From Felis catus (taxonomy: Eukaryota), in the NCBI RefSeq assembly GCF_018350175.1, contig NC_058368.1, forward strand, positions 45,076,001 to 45,140,000: a stretch of DNA of 64,000 bases. Reading direction: 5' to 3'. The translations under genes and the position numbers were made by a program. This document shows positions 38,783 to 51,512 of the stretch, in pieces. The notes beneath the pieces were generated by a model. That model did not search any database and had not been told where the DNA came from. It saw nothing but the letters and a program-made list of their open reading frames with translations. Position 1 is the stretch's first letter, and the number at the start of each line of letters is the position of its first letter.

Positions 38783-39039
38783 ATGGAACTAATATACGTA
38801 TCATTGCCTGATTAAGCAAAAATCAACTGGTGTTAATTTAACAAGTCAGTAGTTGTAAATTCAACATAATAGTTTGTTATATATTGATCAAAATGGAAGA
38901 GTGCAGATCTAATCTCAGCACTGCCCTACAACAGAAAACAATGAATTGTCAAATAGAGATTTAATATTTCATTTACAAGCATTATTCAATCCATCTTTAA
39001 TATATATAAAACTTATTGTAGATTTTCATGATCACTGTT

Positions 39040-39146
39040 TGTGTGTGTGTATATATATATATAGTTATATATAGATATATAGATAGATATAGATATATAT
39101 ACATATATATATGTATGTACAAAATACATAGATATATACATATGTA

Positions 39147-39208
<62 letters not shown>

Positions 39209-39225
39209 TACATATGTATACATAC
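39040..39225. repeat. Complex (TG)/(TA)/(CA) microsatellite, partly self-complementary
   Basis: Includes ATATGTATGTGTGTGTG-(TA)n-CACACACATACATAT. Confidence 0.9.
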
Positions 39226-40587
39226 ATATTTAGTTTGGAATAAGCATAGATGTACAGAAAAATTGCAAAGATAGTACAGAGAGTTTTCATATATACTTCA
39301 TCTAGTTCCCATTAATGTTAACACAACTGTGGCATACTTGTTAAACTAAGAAATTATCATTGGCCATTACTATTAAGTTTTCTATTAAGCAAAGTAAAGT
39401 AGAGCTCATTTGGATTTCATTAGTTTTTCTATCAATGTCCTTTTTCTTCTCTGCATCCCATCCTGGATGCCATGTTGTGTCTTGACTGTATTTGTCTCCT
39501 TAGTTTCTTCTTCTGTGAGCTTCTCCATGTTTGATTTTCATGACTTTGGCAGTTTCAAAGAGTGCAAGAAAAATATCCTATAAAACATTCTATTTTTGGG
39601 GTTTGTTTGGTGCTTTTCTCATGACTGGACTAGGATTATGGCTTTTGGAGAAGAATGTCACTTAAGTCAAACACCCTTCTCATCACACCATGTCGAAAGT
39701 ATGTGATATCTGCCCAACATGATTGATGAAGTTAACTTTGATCACTTAGTTAAGGTTGTCATCCCAGATTACCCCATTGTAAACTTATTATTTTTTCCCT
39801 TGTCATACTTTATTTTTAGAAGTGAATCACTAATGCAGTCCACATGTAAGAGGGAGAGAAAATTAAGTTCCACTCCCAGAAGGTGGAGTATCTACAAATA
39901 TTATTTTGGAAATCTGATAGTAAGAAGCCAGGCTCTCACTATCTATCATTCAATACTGATTTTTAAAAAATTCAGATTCATGTAAAGTAGTTTCAAAACT
40001 GTTAAGCTATAATTCTGTGATAAATAAATTTATTAGACTATCATGTTTCCACACAGTTCTTTTTTGTTGTTAATCTTAATGTTTCCAGTCAAAAAACACT
40101 GTTTTCCAACAGTACTTAGGTCAGATTGAGTCTGCTGCATTTTCACTCTACCTGCTGTGAGGTTGTTATATATTTGTAATACAGTTAGATTCACTTATTA
40201 GATGTTGTATTCCATCACTAGACTTCTTGACATCCTGGTTGACTTTTCTTCTCTTTTTTAATTTTCATATATTCAGGTTAATGCTTTGTAAAATACATTT
40301 CCTTACTTTGGACAATTACATAGAAAGATGTATCCAGCACCCTAGTATCATATAGAATATTTCTACCACCGTAAAACATTCTGTGTATCCCTTTGTTCTC
40401 AAACCACATTCAATACCTCTAGCCCCTACCACTGATTTTTTCTGTTCCTGTCGATTTGCTCTTCTGGAATGTTATATGAATGGAATATTACAATCAATAG
40501 TCTTTTGGACTCTGGATTCTTGCACTGAGCAAAATGCATTTAGATTCAGCCATGCTTTTGTGTTAATCAATATATATTTTTCTTTTT

Positions 40588-41833
40588 TATTATTAAATTA
40601 TGGTTGACATACAATGTTATATTAGTTTCAGGTGTACAACATAGTAATTTGGCAATTTATATATTACTCAGTGCTTACCGCAATAAGCGTAGTAACCATC
40701 TGTCACCATACAATGTTATTACAATATTATTGGCTATATCCCCTCCTTGGAATATTTATTTTACAACTGGAAGTTTGTACCCCTTAATCTCCTTCAACTA
40801 TTGTGTCCATCTGTCCATCCTCCTATCCTCTGGAAACCACTGGTTTGTTTTCTATTTAAGAGTTTGGTTCTGTTTTTTTTTCTCATTTGTTTGTTTGCTC
40901 ATTAGTTTTGTTTTCTGTATTTCACATATAAGTGAAACCCTATGGTATTTGTCTTTCTCTGTCTGTATTTCACTTAGCTTAATACCAACTAGGTCCATGC
41001 ATGTCACAGCTGGCAGGATTCCATTCTTTCATATGGCTGAATAATATTGTGTATATGTACCACATTGTGTACATATACGACCTCTTCCTTATCCATTCAT
41101 TTATCGATGGACACTTGGGTAACTTCCATAACTTGGCTATTGTAAATAATGCTGCAATAAACATAGGAGTACCTATATCTTTTCAAGTTAATGTTCAAGT
41201 TAATAATCTTTTCAAGTTCTTTTGCCTTGCATAAGTAACCCAGAAGTGAAATTGCTGGCTTGTATGGTACATTTATTTTTAGGTTTTGTTTATTTGTTTG
41301 TTTTTTTTTCTTAAGGAAACTCCATAATGTGTCCACAGTAGCTGTACCAATTTACAATCCCACTAACAGTGCTCAGGGTTCCCTTTGGTCCATACCCTCA
41401 CCAACACTTGCTATTTCTTGTCTTTTTGATACTAGCCATTTTGATTGGTCTGAAGTGATATCTCACTGTGGTTTTTATTTGCATTTCCCTGATGATGCAT
41501 GATTTTGAACATCTTTTTATGTCTCTGTTTGCCATCTGTATATCTTTGGGAAAATGTCTATTCAGGCTCCCTGCCTATGTTGAATCGAATTTTGATTGCA
41601 TTTTGAGTTGTGTAAGATAGGCAGATAGATAGATACATGATAGATAGAAAGATAGGTAGGTAGGTAGGTAGGTAGGTAGATAGATAGATGATATTAACCC
41701 CTTCCTTATTGGATATATCATTTGCAAATATCTTCTGTGATTTAGTAGGTTGACTTTCCTTTTGTTGGTTTCTTTTGCTGTGCAAAAGCTTTTTAGTTTG
41801 ATGCAGTCCTATTTACTTTTGCTTTTGTTCCCT
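40588..41833 (-). mobile_element. 5'-truncated L1 (ORF2 end + 3'UTR) nested in an older L1M
   Basis: Minus-strand peptides MFIAALFTIAKLWK and KIFANDISNK; TSD ATATATTTTTCTTTTT at 40572-40587 and 41835-41850. Confidence 0.9.
41615..41690. repeat. (TAGA)/(TAGG) microsatellite inside an L1
   Basis: Read directly. Confidence 0.9.
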
Positions 41834-42340
41834 AATATATTTTTCTTTTTATTGTTGAATAGATATTCCATTGTACAGAAGTACAAGTTTATTTATCCAT
41901 TTTCCTGTTGACAGACATCTTGGTTGCTTGCAATTTTTAGCATGTCTGAATAAAGCTGCTACAAACATTCATATGCAGGTGTTTGTGTGAACATGAGTTT
42001 TCAATTTATTTGAATAAACATCTAGGCAAGGGATTTATGGGTCTATTATGAGCTGTATAAAATTTTCCAAACTGTCATCGAAAGTGGCTATCCTATTTGG
42101 TATTACCACCAGCTATGGATGAGAGTTCTTTTTGACCTTCATTAATTTGTTATTTAAAAATCATTTTCAACACCAAGATTCTGCCACATTCATCTCTCTC
42201 ATTCAAGAACTCAGCATAGTGTTAATCATTTCCTAATAATACTAAGGATATTACTAATATTAGTGACAATATGACTAGTTACTATGTAATAACTGACTTG
42301 TTCAATACTGAAAACACATAAATTAAAAAAATAATCGTGC

Positions 42341-42456
42341 AGAGAGCCTGGGTGGCTCAGTTGTTAAGCGTCTGACATCAGCTCAGGCTATGATCTCATA
42401 GTCAGTGAGTTCTAGTCCCACATCAGGTGAGCTCAAGCCCTGCTTCGGGTGAGCCC

Positions 42457-42520
<64 letters not shown>

Positions 42521-42577
42521 GCCCCTCCCTCACTTGTATCCTTTCTCTCTCAAAAATAAAAATTAAAAATAAATTTT
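42341..42577 (+). mobile_element. Can-SINE variant with internally repeated B-box segment
   Basis: Head, three GTGAG units at 22-bp spacing, long (CT)n; AAAAATAATC flanks. Confidence 0.9.
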
Positions 42578-42592
42578 AAAAATAATCACACA

Positions 42593-42800
42593 TGGTGCCT
42601 GGGTGGCTCAGTTGATTAAGTGTCTGACTCTTGATTTCGGTTCTGGTCTGATTTCATAGTTCATGAGACTGAACCCCGCATCAGGCTCCCTGCTGACAGT
42701 ACAGAGCCTGCTTGGGATTTTTTTTCTCTCCCTCTCTCTCTGCCCCCCCTGCCCCACTCTCTCTCTCCTTCTCAAAATAAATAAACATTTAAAATATTTA
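42593..42800 (+). mobile_element. Can-SINE, tandem to the previous one
   Basis: GGTGCCTGGGTGGCTCAG head, CT-rich body, AATAAA tail. Confidence 0.9.
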
Positions 42801-42958
42801 AAAAATAATAAAATTGTTTTTTAAACAATTGTGCAAATTACATCTTTAGTGGGTTGTATAATGTAATGTCAAAACAAATATATAAGTGGGTATTGTCATA
42901 ATTATTTTTATTGTTATTATCCACATTGACAGGGAAAGCATATGAACCACAAACTTTT

Positions 42959-43181
42959 TTTTTTTTAATTTTTTTTTTCAACGTTCATTTATTTTTGGGA
43001 CAGAGAGAGACAGAGCATGAACGGGGGAGGGGCAGAGAGAGAGGGAGACACAGAATCGGAAACAGGCTCCAGGCTCCAAGCCATCAGCCCAGAGCCCGAC
43101 GCGGGGCTCGAACTCACGGACCGCGAGATCGTGACCTGGCTAAAGTCGGACACTTAACCGACTGCGCCACCCAGACGCCCC
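42959..43181 (-). mobile_element. Young felid SINE inserted in a MIR-like remnant
   Basis: Perfect TSD ATGAACCACAAACTTTT at 42942-42958 and 43182-43198; CpGs retained; flank AAGTAACTTGCTCACCATCACA is MIR-core-like. Confidence 0.95.
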
Positions 43182-43754
43182 ATGAACCACAAACTTTTAA
43201 GTAACTTGCTCACCATCACAAAACTAGTAAATGGTGGCATCAATTTTCAATGAAATCTTCATAAATAATAAACCTATCTGATAATATCAGCTTAGCTCAA
43301 AGACTATTTTAAGAATATTACATCCAAAATATTTCCACAAACCGCTAATGAAGTCTGAAGTCCACAGGACTTAGAATAATCAAAGACAGCAGTTAAACTA
43401 GTTAAAATAGTGGTTAAAAAAAAGAGAAATCTGCCTAAGTGTCTTTTCTGGCCTTGGGCTTAGGAAGGAGTTTTACAGACTGACACACATGATATAATGT
43501 CTCTCTACTTCCATTTTCTCCACTACAAAAGAGAATTAATAATTATTACCTCATGAGGTGTATGTAACAATGTCTCAAACTTGGTAGGATATAATAAATT
43601 TCACCTCTAACATTAAAATTTGTTAATTTTATTTCATATTAGAAAGTATGGGTAATACACTGACAGAATTTTTAAAAATATTATTACTAAGTAATAATTT
43701 TCAAAATATATTTCTCTTTTGTTCATCACATATTTCAGAAAATAATATTTTCCA

Positions 43755-43969
43755 GGGACGCCTGAGTGGCTCAGTTGGTTAAGTGTCCAACTTTAGCTCA
43801 AGTTATGATCTCGCAATTCATGAGTTTGATCCCCACGACAGGCTCTGTGCTGACAGCTCAAAGCCTGGAGCCTGCTTAGGATTCTGTGTCTCTCCCTCCC
43901 TCTGCTCCTTCCCCACTTATGCTCTGCTTCTCTCTCTCTCAAAACTAAATAAACATTAAAAAAATGTTT
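43755..43969 (+). mobile_element. Can-SINE (felid)
   Basis: TSD AATAATATTTTCCAG at 43741-43755 and 43970-43984. Confidence 0.95.
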
Positions 43970-44237
43970 AATAATATTTTCCAGTTAAAAAGAGGATAAA
44001 ATTTTAAGTTCTCTTTTCAAATATCATCTCTATTCTAAGACACAATTATTTGTGAGGCTCACAATCTGATACCTGCCTTGAAAAAATGAAAGGTAGAAAA
44101 GTAAGCATAGTATTCATTTTTATATGGATACTGCTGCAATTCATTAATTACTTTTCATTTATGCACTTTCCACGAATTTTATAAAAAAGTTGGGGAAAAG
44201 AGAATGTTAACACAACATGGAATTGCCTTAAAATATT

Positions 44238-44462
44238 TTTTTTAATTTTTTTTTCAACGTTTATTTATTTTTGGGACAGAGAGAGACAGAGCATGAACGG
44301 GGGAGGGGCAGAGAGAGAGGGAGACACAGAATCAGAAACAGGCTCCAGGCTCTGAGCCATCAGCCCAGAGCCTGATGCGGGGCTCGAACTCACGGACCGC
44401 GAGATCGTGACCTGGCTGAAGTCGGCCGCTTAGCTTAACCGACTGCGCCACCCAGGTGCCCC
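44238..44462 (-). mobile_element. Young felid SINE
   Basis: Perfect TSD GAATTGCCTTAAAATATT at 44220-44237 and 44464-44481. Confidence 0.95.
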
Positions 44463-44609
44463 TGAATTGCCTTAAAATATTAATCATCCTTTTGAGTTTA
44501 ACTTCACATCTGCATTTTGCTGCTTGTTTGACACACAGAATCCAAATTAAACTCATAAGGAACTAAAAATTCAAAATACTGACATTTACATAAAAGTGAA
44601 AAAATATTT

Positions 44610-44822
44610 GGGGCACCTGGGTGGCTCAGTCGGTTAAGTGTCCGATTTTGGCTTAGGTCATGATGTCATCGTTTGTGGGTTCAAGCCCCACATTGAGCTC
44701 TGTGCTGACAGCTCAGAGCCTGGAACCTGCTTGGGATCCTTGTCTCTTTCTCTCTCTGGCCCTCCCCTGCTCATTCTCTGTCTCACTTTGACTCTCAAAA
44801 ATAAATAATCATTAATTTTTTT
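44610..44822 (+). mobile_element. Can-SINE (felid, older)
   Basis: GGGGCACCTGGGTGG head; AAAGTGAAAAAA flanks. Confidence 0.95.
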
Positions 44823-45068
44823 AAAGTGAAAAAAATTTTTAGGTTTAGAAATCTATGACAGGAATTCAGGTGACACTTCAATTAATATAGTCCAAATTCT
44901 ATCAAACCTAGAAATCATACCTTAAAATAACATGACTGTCTCACTATTTGATTTTATAATAGATGTTTTAGTAATTGTCATGTAGTTAACAGAATATCTA
45001 TAATAAAATAAATATAAAGTTGTAAGTGGTCTTATGAAATCTATAATATACACTGGAAAATGTAATGC

Positions 45069-45268
45069 GGTGCCTGGGTGGCTCAGTCAGTTAAGCGTCC
45101 GAATTCAGCTAAGGTCATGATCTTAAGGTTTGAGCCCTGCATTGGGCTCTGTGCTGATGGCTCAGAGCCTGGAGCCTGTTTCAGATTTTGTGTCTCACTC
45201 TCTCTCTGTCCCTCTCCTGGTCACACTCTCTCTCCCTCTCTCAAAAATAAATAAACATTAAAAAAATT
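45069..45268 (+). mobile_element. Can-SINE, first of a tandem pair
   Basis: GGTGCCTGGGTGG head through AATAAATAAACATTAAAA tail. Confidence 0.9.
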
Positions 45269-45270
45269 GG

Positions 45271-45485
45271 GGGGCGCCCGGGTGGCTTAGTCGGTTAAGC
45301 TTCTGATTTCAACTCAGGTCATGATCTCATGGTTTGTGAGTTCGAGTCCTGCCATCAGGCTCTGTGCTGACAGCTAGGAGCCTGGATCCTGCTTTGGATT
45401 CTCTGTCTCCCTCTCTTTCCGCCCCTCCTATGCTTATACTCTGTCGCTCTCTGTCAAAAATAAATAAACATTTAAAAATTAAAAA
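45271..45485 (+). mobile_element. Can-SINE, probably inserted in the tail of the previous SINE
   Basis: GGGGCGCCCGGGTGG head directly after the first tail; AAAAATT on both sides. Confidence 0.9.
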
Positions 45486-45999
45486 TATATAATGATATCC
45501 AAGCTAGTAGAAAATTATAAATTGGAAAATGTGTATCTGAAAAAAAAATCTTAAAGATAACCTAAAACAAATCGACTGTCATACCCTAGCTACTTTCATC
45601 GACATGTCCTCAGACTCTTACGGAAAGTGTGATGACTTTTCAGAATCTAAAATATATTCATCCTTAGGTGCAGGGGAGTATCTGCGCTTGATTTGGGGCT
45701 TGGTTCTTCTGCTTTAAGTTAGTTAAGCTGCTAAACAGGCACTTCTTTAGTACTTCATTAATTTTAACCAGATTTTGTCAAGTTGTAGAAGATTATCATA
45801 TTTCAGAAGTTACAAATAATACTGGTGATCAAATGATACTGTAGACATTCAAACTTCCTCTTTCTAGAGTTTTTGCCACTCATGTTCCCCTCCAGAGTCA
45901 ATTACCAGTCAGTCTAAAGAAGTATTTGGAAAGACTTCTGTGTTCTACTTGAATAAACATCCTTATGATAAACGTAGCAAAAATAAAATAATCCCATTA

Positions 46000-46032
46000 T
46001 ACACACACACATACACATAAACATATATATGT

Positions 46033-46080
<48 letters not shown>
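46000..46080. repeat. (CA)n-(TA)n microsatellite
   Basis: Read directly. Confidence 0.9.
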
Positions 46081-46086
<6 letters not shown>

Positions 46087-49000
46087 ACAGCTTTCCACTA
46101 TATTTTCTTCTCAGACAACTTTCCTAGAAAACCCTAGAGTTTACTGAAAAAAGTTATGCAAAGAAATACAATACTGTGTTAAGTCTGGTTAATCCTCTGT
46201 TTTATATATTTATTTAAAGACTATAATTCTGGGAGTAAAATGAGTTAGGAGTTGACCTAGGCATAAGTATTTTGTGCCCTTTTTAGCCTGTGCTATCTCT
46301 CAAAAAAAGAGAGTCAATAGGCAATTTCATTCTAATTTATTTCTTGGCCTCCAGTTGTACCCTGATATATTTTCCAATATTTCACATTAATTCAAATGTG
46401 TTTTTTCCAAGATAATAAATTTGAAGAAAAAAAAAAGCCAAACAAGTAGGTAGTAACAGGCCAGGTTACAATTAAAATAATTTCCAGTTAACCATGAATA
46501 AGATTACCATGAAGTCATTATAGAATATCTGACAGTGTCCGTAATTAAGCCTATGGGCACATATAAATCTTTTGCTCATATACTGTTTGAATTTAAGAAG
46601 CTGATTTAAAAAATAAATAGCTTCTAAAATTTATAATTCCTAACCACTTTTTGTCATTAGTATAGACTGATGGCTATAAACCTTAGGCTCAATAAATTAC
46701 AATAGAGTGCTAAGCTCTATTTTCTATAAATGTTTCCATGACTGTTTGCTTTTAGCAAGTTCAGCTACTGCTAAACTTTGAGTTAGTGCTTTTTTCCCTT
46801 TTGTTCTTATTAGTGCAAACAGTCTTGCAATGAACATAGAATATGTTATGTATTTAATAAACTTTGACAGGGAGCATATAATCAGGAAGCAGTGTGAACA
46901 AACTGTACAACTTTAGTTCCAAATGCAGAAAGTTTAAGTAAAATATACACAATTCTCAATCTGAAATAAATAAATGCAATCTGAAATAAATAAATAATTA
47001 ACCTTACATAAATTTAGTATTAATCATGGATCCCCAATTGACAAACAAGTTGTATTTCTAAAGGTTTCTTTTAAAGTGTCTTTTTGGGAAGATATTAGTG
47101 TTTCCCTTAAATGCAGTATTATACTGATTGGTTCCCTAAGCTGTAATTTAAACTGTGTCATGATAAATTAATAGCGACAACATTCTACCATTTGATCATT
47201 ATAGCTCTATTTCGGTAATAAGGTTTTAAATATACACAGCTCCCTCTCTTGTCTTCTTTCTTCTGCCTAATATTTTGTGCCCCATTGATCCAACCCCTGA
47301 CCATTACTTAAAACCAGAATTTTGTAATTCTTATAAAATAGAACAGTAATTAAAGAATGTACTGGTTGTTCTTGATTGGCTATTGGGGATTTTAAGATTA
47401 GATGACTTTAAACTTCATTTCAACACTAATACTGAAAATCTAATTTCTTCTTTTAAATACATTTTACCCTGAAGGTAACAATAGCCTGCATAATAAAGTA
47501 GGGATTGACAAATGCTTTCAAAAAAGACAATAATTTTGCTGTGCAATACTGCTATAATAATGGTTAACAATCCCTACCGCAATAAAGATATCATTGGTAT
47601 GGATAACTAGATAAAGAAACAGATGTTGATGTAAATATATGTGTTAATTTGCAGTGATAACATACTACAGATACTTTTGACCATTCTATGTCTATAATAA
47701 AGTGTTGTCAATTGGCTGAACAGAGTTAATCCTAACTAACCATAGGAAGCTTATCAAATGTTAAATTTTAGTGATAATATGATTATTTTGAAGAACAAGA
47801 TAACAGTGTTAACAGGAGATAAAGAGAACTAAATATAAAGTGGTGGCACAGCATGCTAAAATTCTGTGTTCTCAGGGGTGCTATTCTCAATTAAAATTTT
47901 GATTTGATTTTTAATGTAATAATCTGACTAGATACAGATATAGAATTTCCTCTGTAACTCTCATATTTTCAAGATCTTATTAATGAAAACTTTAAAAATG
48001 CATATCTTTTACAATTTAACCTCAAGAAAATGAGATCTGGACATTAACATCTAGATATTGTATCAGTGAAGGTATTTGAATTACATATTTACATATGAAT
48101 TAAGATATACTATATAATTTAAAACAAAAGATTTACTTTAAGATGAATATAGGTCAGTCCAGGCAAAATTGAGAATAAAACATTTTAATATTTATTTTTA
48201 ATCCCCCTTTTCTATTCCTTTTCCTTTTTTTACCCCTGGTTTCAGGCATTTACCAGTATGTTCATGCTCTCTCTCTTCCACTAAAAATCATCTTCTGAGA
48301 AAAGCTTCTTGGAGTATGGGATGCCTAAGCAAAATCATGAACCGTGAATTGGAAGTTAGCCAGGTACAGATGGTGAGAAGGCATTTAAACCTAAGAAGCA
48401 GCATGTGCAAAGGCACAGAGGTGTGAGAAAGCATGACCTAATCAGGAAAATGCCATTAGTCAACCTGTCACAACCTTCAACAAAAGGAATAGGCTTTATT
48501 TTCATGAAAGAGTTCATGACTGCATAACTTATAACAAAAAATGTAACTGTAGAGAATGTGCTGAGAGTTGAAATTGTACTAGTGCTGCTGTTGTTATTGT
48601 TATTTTGGGGGAACTTAAAAGCAGGGAGTGGTTTAATATGTGCATCACCTTGCTGTTATTGTTCTGGGAAGGTGATCTGAGTGGCCTTAGGTATATTCAC
48701 AAGTCTGTAGCGGACCTGTTTCTAAACACAACCCACATTCCAAGGTAGCCATGAAATACTGAATTTCTTTGGTTTCGTGAAACACATCAAATTCCTGATA
48801 GGATATTCATCCTGTCATTCTAAAGTGCTCTCCCTTACCTCCAGTCAATTTATGCAAAAATCTGGAGAACTAATCAGTCATTCATTAATTTATTGACTAA
48901 GGAAACATTTATCTGGTCTTTACTAGAGCAGTTCTGGGAACTGTTTTTCTGCCAAGCCTATATAGCACTCACTCAACAAGTCAAGGGCCTCGTCTCATGG

Positions 49001-49174
49001 GAGTTATATTTTAATGGTGTAAATTCTAGCACTTATGACTGAGGTGTCCTTTGTTCCAGTCCCTTCAGATCTGAAAACTGGACTTCTTCTTCCATATTGT
49101 GCATAGGAGCCAAGAATCCTTGCCAAAATGGAACATACCACCTGCTTGGGATGCTGTTTTAAAACAGAGTTGTG

Positions 49175-49388
49175 GGGGCGCCTGGGTGGTGCAGTCGGTT
49201 AAGCGTCCGACTTCAGCCAGGTCACGATCTCGTGGTCCGTGAGTTCGAGCCCCGCGTCAGGCTCTGGGCTGATGGCTCAGAGCCTGGAGCCTGCTTCCGA
49301 TTCTGTGTCTCCCTCTCTCTCTGCCCCTCCCCCGTTCATGCTCTGTCTCTCTCTGTCCCAAAAATAAATAAACGTTGAAAAAAAAAAA
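49175..49388 (+). mobile_element. Young felid SINE
   Basis: Perfect TSD TTAAAACAGAGTTGTG at 49159-49174 and 49389-49404; intact A and B boxes; CpG-rich. Confidence 0.95.
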
Positions 49389-50089
49389 TTAAAACAGAGT
49401 TGTGTATTCCTAGTGCTCAGAGAAGCAGCCAATATTTCTGTCTCTCATTTCATGACACCATTCCCCCCATTAGGAAGTTCATCAGAGATTTTCTTCATCT
49501 TTTCTTAAACACCACTTCCCTACATATCAAGTCAGTCAGTTTAGGTTTTAACAGATGGGGGGAAGAGTTTTTAACCTAAGGTTGCTTCTTCTTACCTTAC
49601 TAATACCACCAAAGTAGGAAATGACAAAGCTTCTCTACCTGGGAAAAGGAAATAAAGGAAAAGTACATAAGTTGTTAGAAAAATGAATATCCTCCAAATT
49701 TCCCTGCCATAAATGTAAGACACATATATATGTCTTACTTTCAGAGTAGTCCTGTGCTGTTGTAATGCTATAATCTAAGTTCCTTATATAGTGCATCAAC
49801 ACCTTAGTCAGTAAAAGGGAAAGTATAGGAATTAGGGAGGAACCAGGGTTAAGGAGATGGCTGAGGGCAGGCAAGTGGTAAATATGAATGAAGAGAGCCA
49901 CTGGCAGAGGTCAGTGAACAGATGGCTCTGGAGGGTAACTTGAGGGCTTTGAAGCATCTGGGACCAGGTACACAAACAACGGGTAGATACAATGGTGAAA
50001 GAACAAAGGATTTCACCATGATATAAGCATTTCTTTAGGAGTTACGTGGGGTGGAAAACCAATGAAAAAATACTAGGTGACATTTTCAC

Positions 50090-50305
50090 AGCATTACTGT
50101 GTGCTAAACATGGTTCTAACCACTTCTTATGCACTAATTTAACCTTCATGGTAACTCTGTGAGGTATTATGTCTGATTTTCAGATGAAGTGGATAAAGAA
50201 CAGGTAAGTCAAGTAAATATTCTAACAATGTTGATAGTAAATGACAGATTCAGTAGTCAATAAAACCTGGCAGTGTGGTTCAAAAGTGCATGCTTTTAAC
50301 CACTA
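50090..50305 (-). mobile_element. MIR
   Basis: TTTAACCTTCATGGTAACTCTGTGAGGTATTA...TTTTCAGATGAAG...TGCTTTTAACCACT. Confidence 0.65.
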
Positions 50306-50399
50306 GACTGTCTAGAAGAACGGACTGCCTGAGATTCACAGCTCAGTGATGATGAGTAAAACGTCACCAGAAATCCAGAAGCTAGCCTGGTACTCTTAG

Positions 50400-50890
50400 C
50401 TAAACTACAGTGTTCTTCTGTCAAAAATAATCAATTTCACAAAATAGCAATGTCAGATAATGTCACTCTGTGACTATGATGATTTCAAATAAAACAAGAC
50501 CACTTTGTAACCTTCTCTGGACAGACAAAACATGAACAATGTCTGAGCCAGAAAAATGACCAAACATATCGCTATCCTTACTAATAGAAATGACTGCTGC
50601 TTCTTTCATAGTTTTGCTTCTACCCAGTTTTTCTTTGTTCTAGAAAAGAGTGATTAAGAACCAATTACCCATGCTTCCTGAAGGCATCCAATCCAAATCT
50701 AAAGTCCACTGCCTTAAACTCACCCTAACTTGCTATAGCATAAGCCCCAAAGTTGTAATAGATTTTTTTTCTAACACCCTTACACTGAGACACCCCATGG
50801 TGTGTGTTTTTTTTACTTGCAATAATCATTAAACCCACTTGTTTAACTACACATGTCTCTGGTAGGTTTTGTCTGGAAGGAATTGATAGT
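50400..50890 (+). mobile_element. Old ERV1 LTR remnant (MER90/MER110-like)
   Basis: TCAGATAATGTCACTCTGTGACTATGATG...AAAACAAGACCAC...GACTGCTGCTTCTTT motifs from recall. Confidence 0.55.
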
Positions 50891-51471
50891 GACTTTAAAT
50901 TGTTATTTGGGTATTGAAATTGAGGCATTTGATACTAACTGATGAAATGGAATAGGTGGTTACCTAGAAACATAAAAAACAAAAGAATGAATTTAAAAAA
51001 AGTTTTAAAATGAAAGATAAAAAGAAGAGAAGGGCATATACAAAGAGGAGGAGAGGAAGTAATAGAGATAGAGTTGGAAAGATGGAAATAGAGATAGAGA
51101 TAGAGATAAATAGAGATAGATAGAGACAGAACAATTCCTTCCTGAGGCTCCATCTAGGGCTAGGGACTGGAGAAATGTTATTTTGTTGATGATTATAGAC
51201 TTAACAAACCATTGCTTCCCCAACCTTAATATTGATAATTTTATATTGTATAGCCTGACTTTAAAGCATTATCCCTTTAGTGGTAATACTTTAGCATTTT
51301 TCCCTAATTATAGAGTGAAAGACATTGAAGAAGCAGACTGAAGGGGGGCATATTTGGGTGCAGGAGGTATTTTCTCGAGCCACCCAAATGTCACACAAGC
51401 ACAGTCAACTCGGCAAACTTATGAAGCAATCCTTAAGCAGTAAAATTTAAATACTAAATAAACAATTTTAA

Positions 51472-51512
<41 letters not shown>
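51472..51512. repeat. (GATA)n microsatellite
   Basis: Read directly. Confidence 0.95.

Larger units (their letters stand above)
39226..42140 (-). mobile_element. Ancient L1M (L1MC/L1MD-like) 3' region, interrupted by the 40588 L1
   Basis: Begins with the recalled 3'-end motif TACAGAAAAATTGCAAAGATAGTACAGAGAG; resumes at 41851 with L1 ORF2-end-like sequence. Confidence 0.7.

Noticed and set aside
40604..41044. 146-aa hydrophobic ORF and similar Phe/Leu/Ile-rich ORFs elsewhere
   Set aside because: Antisense read-through of T-rich L1 3'UTR or microsatellite sequence.
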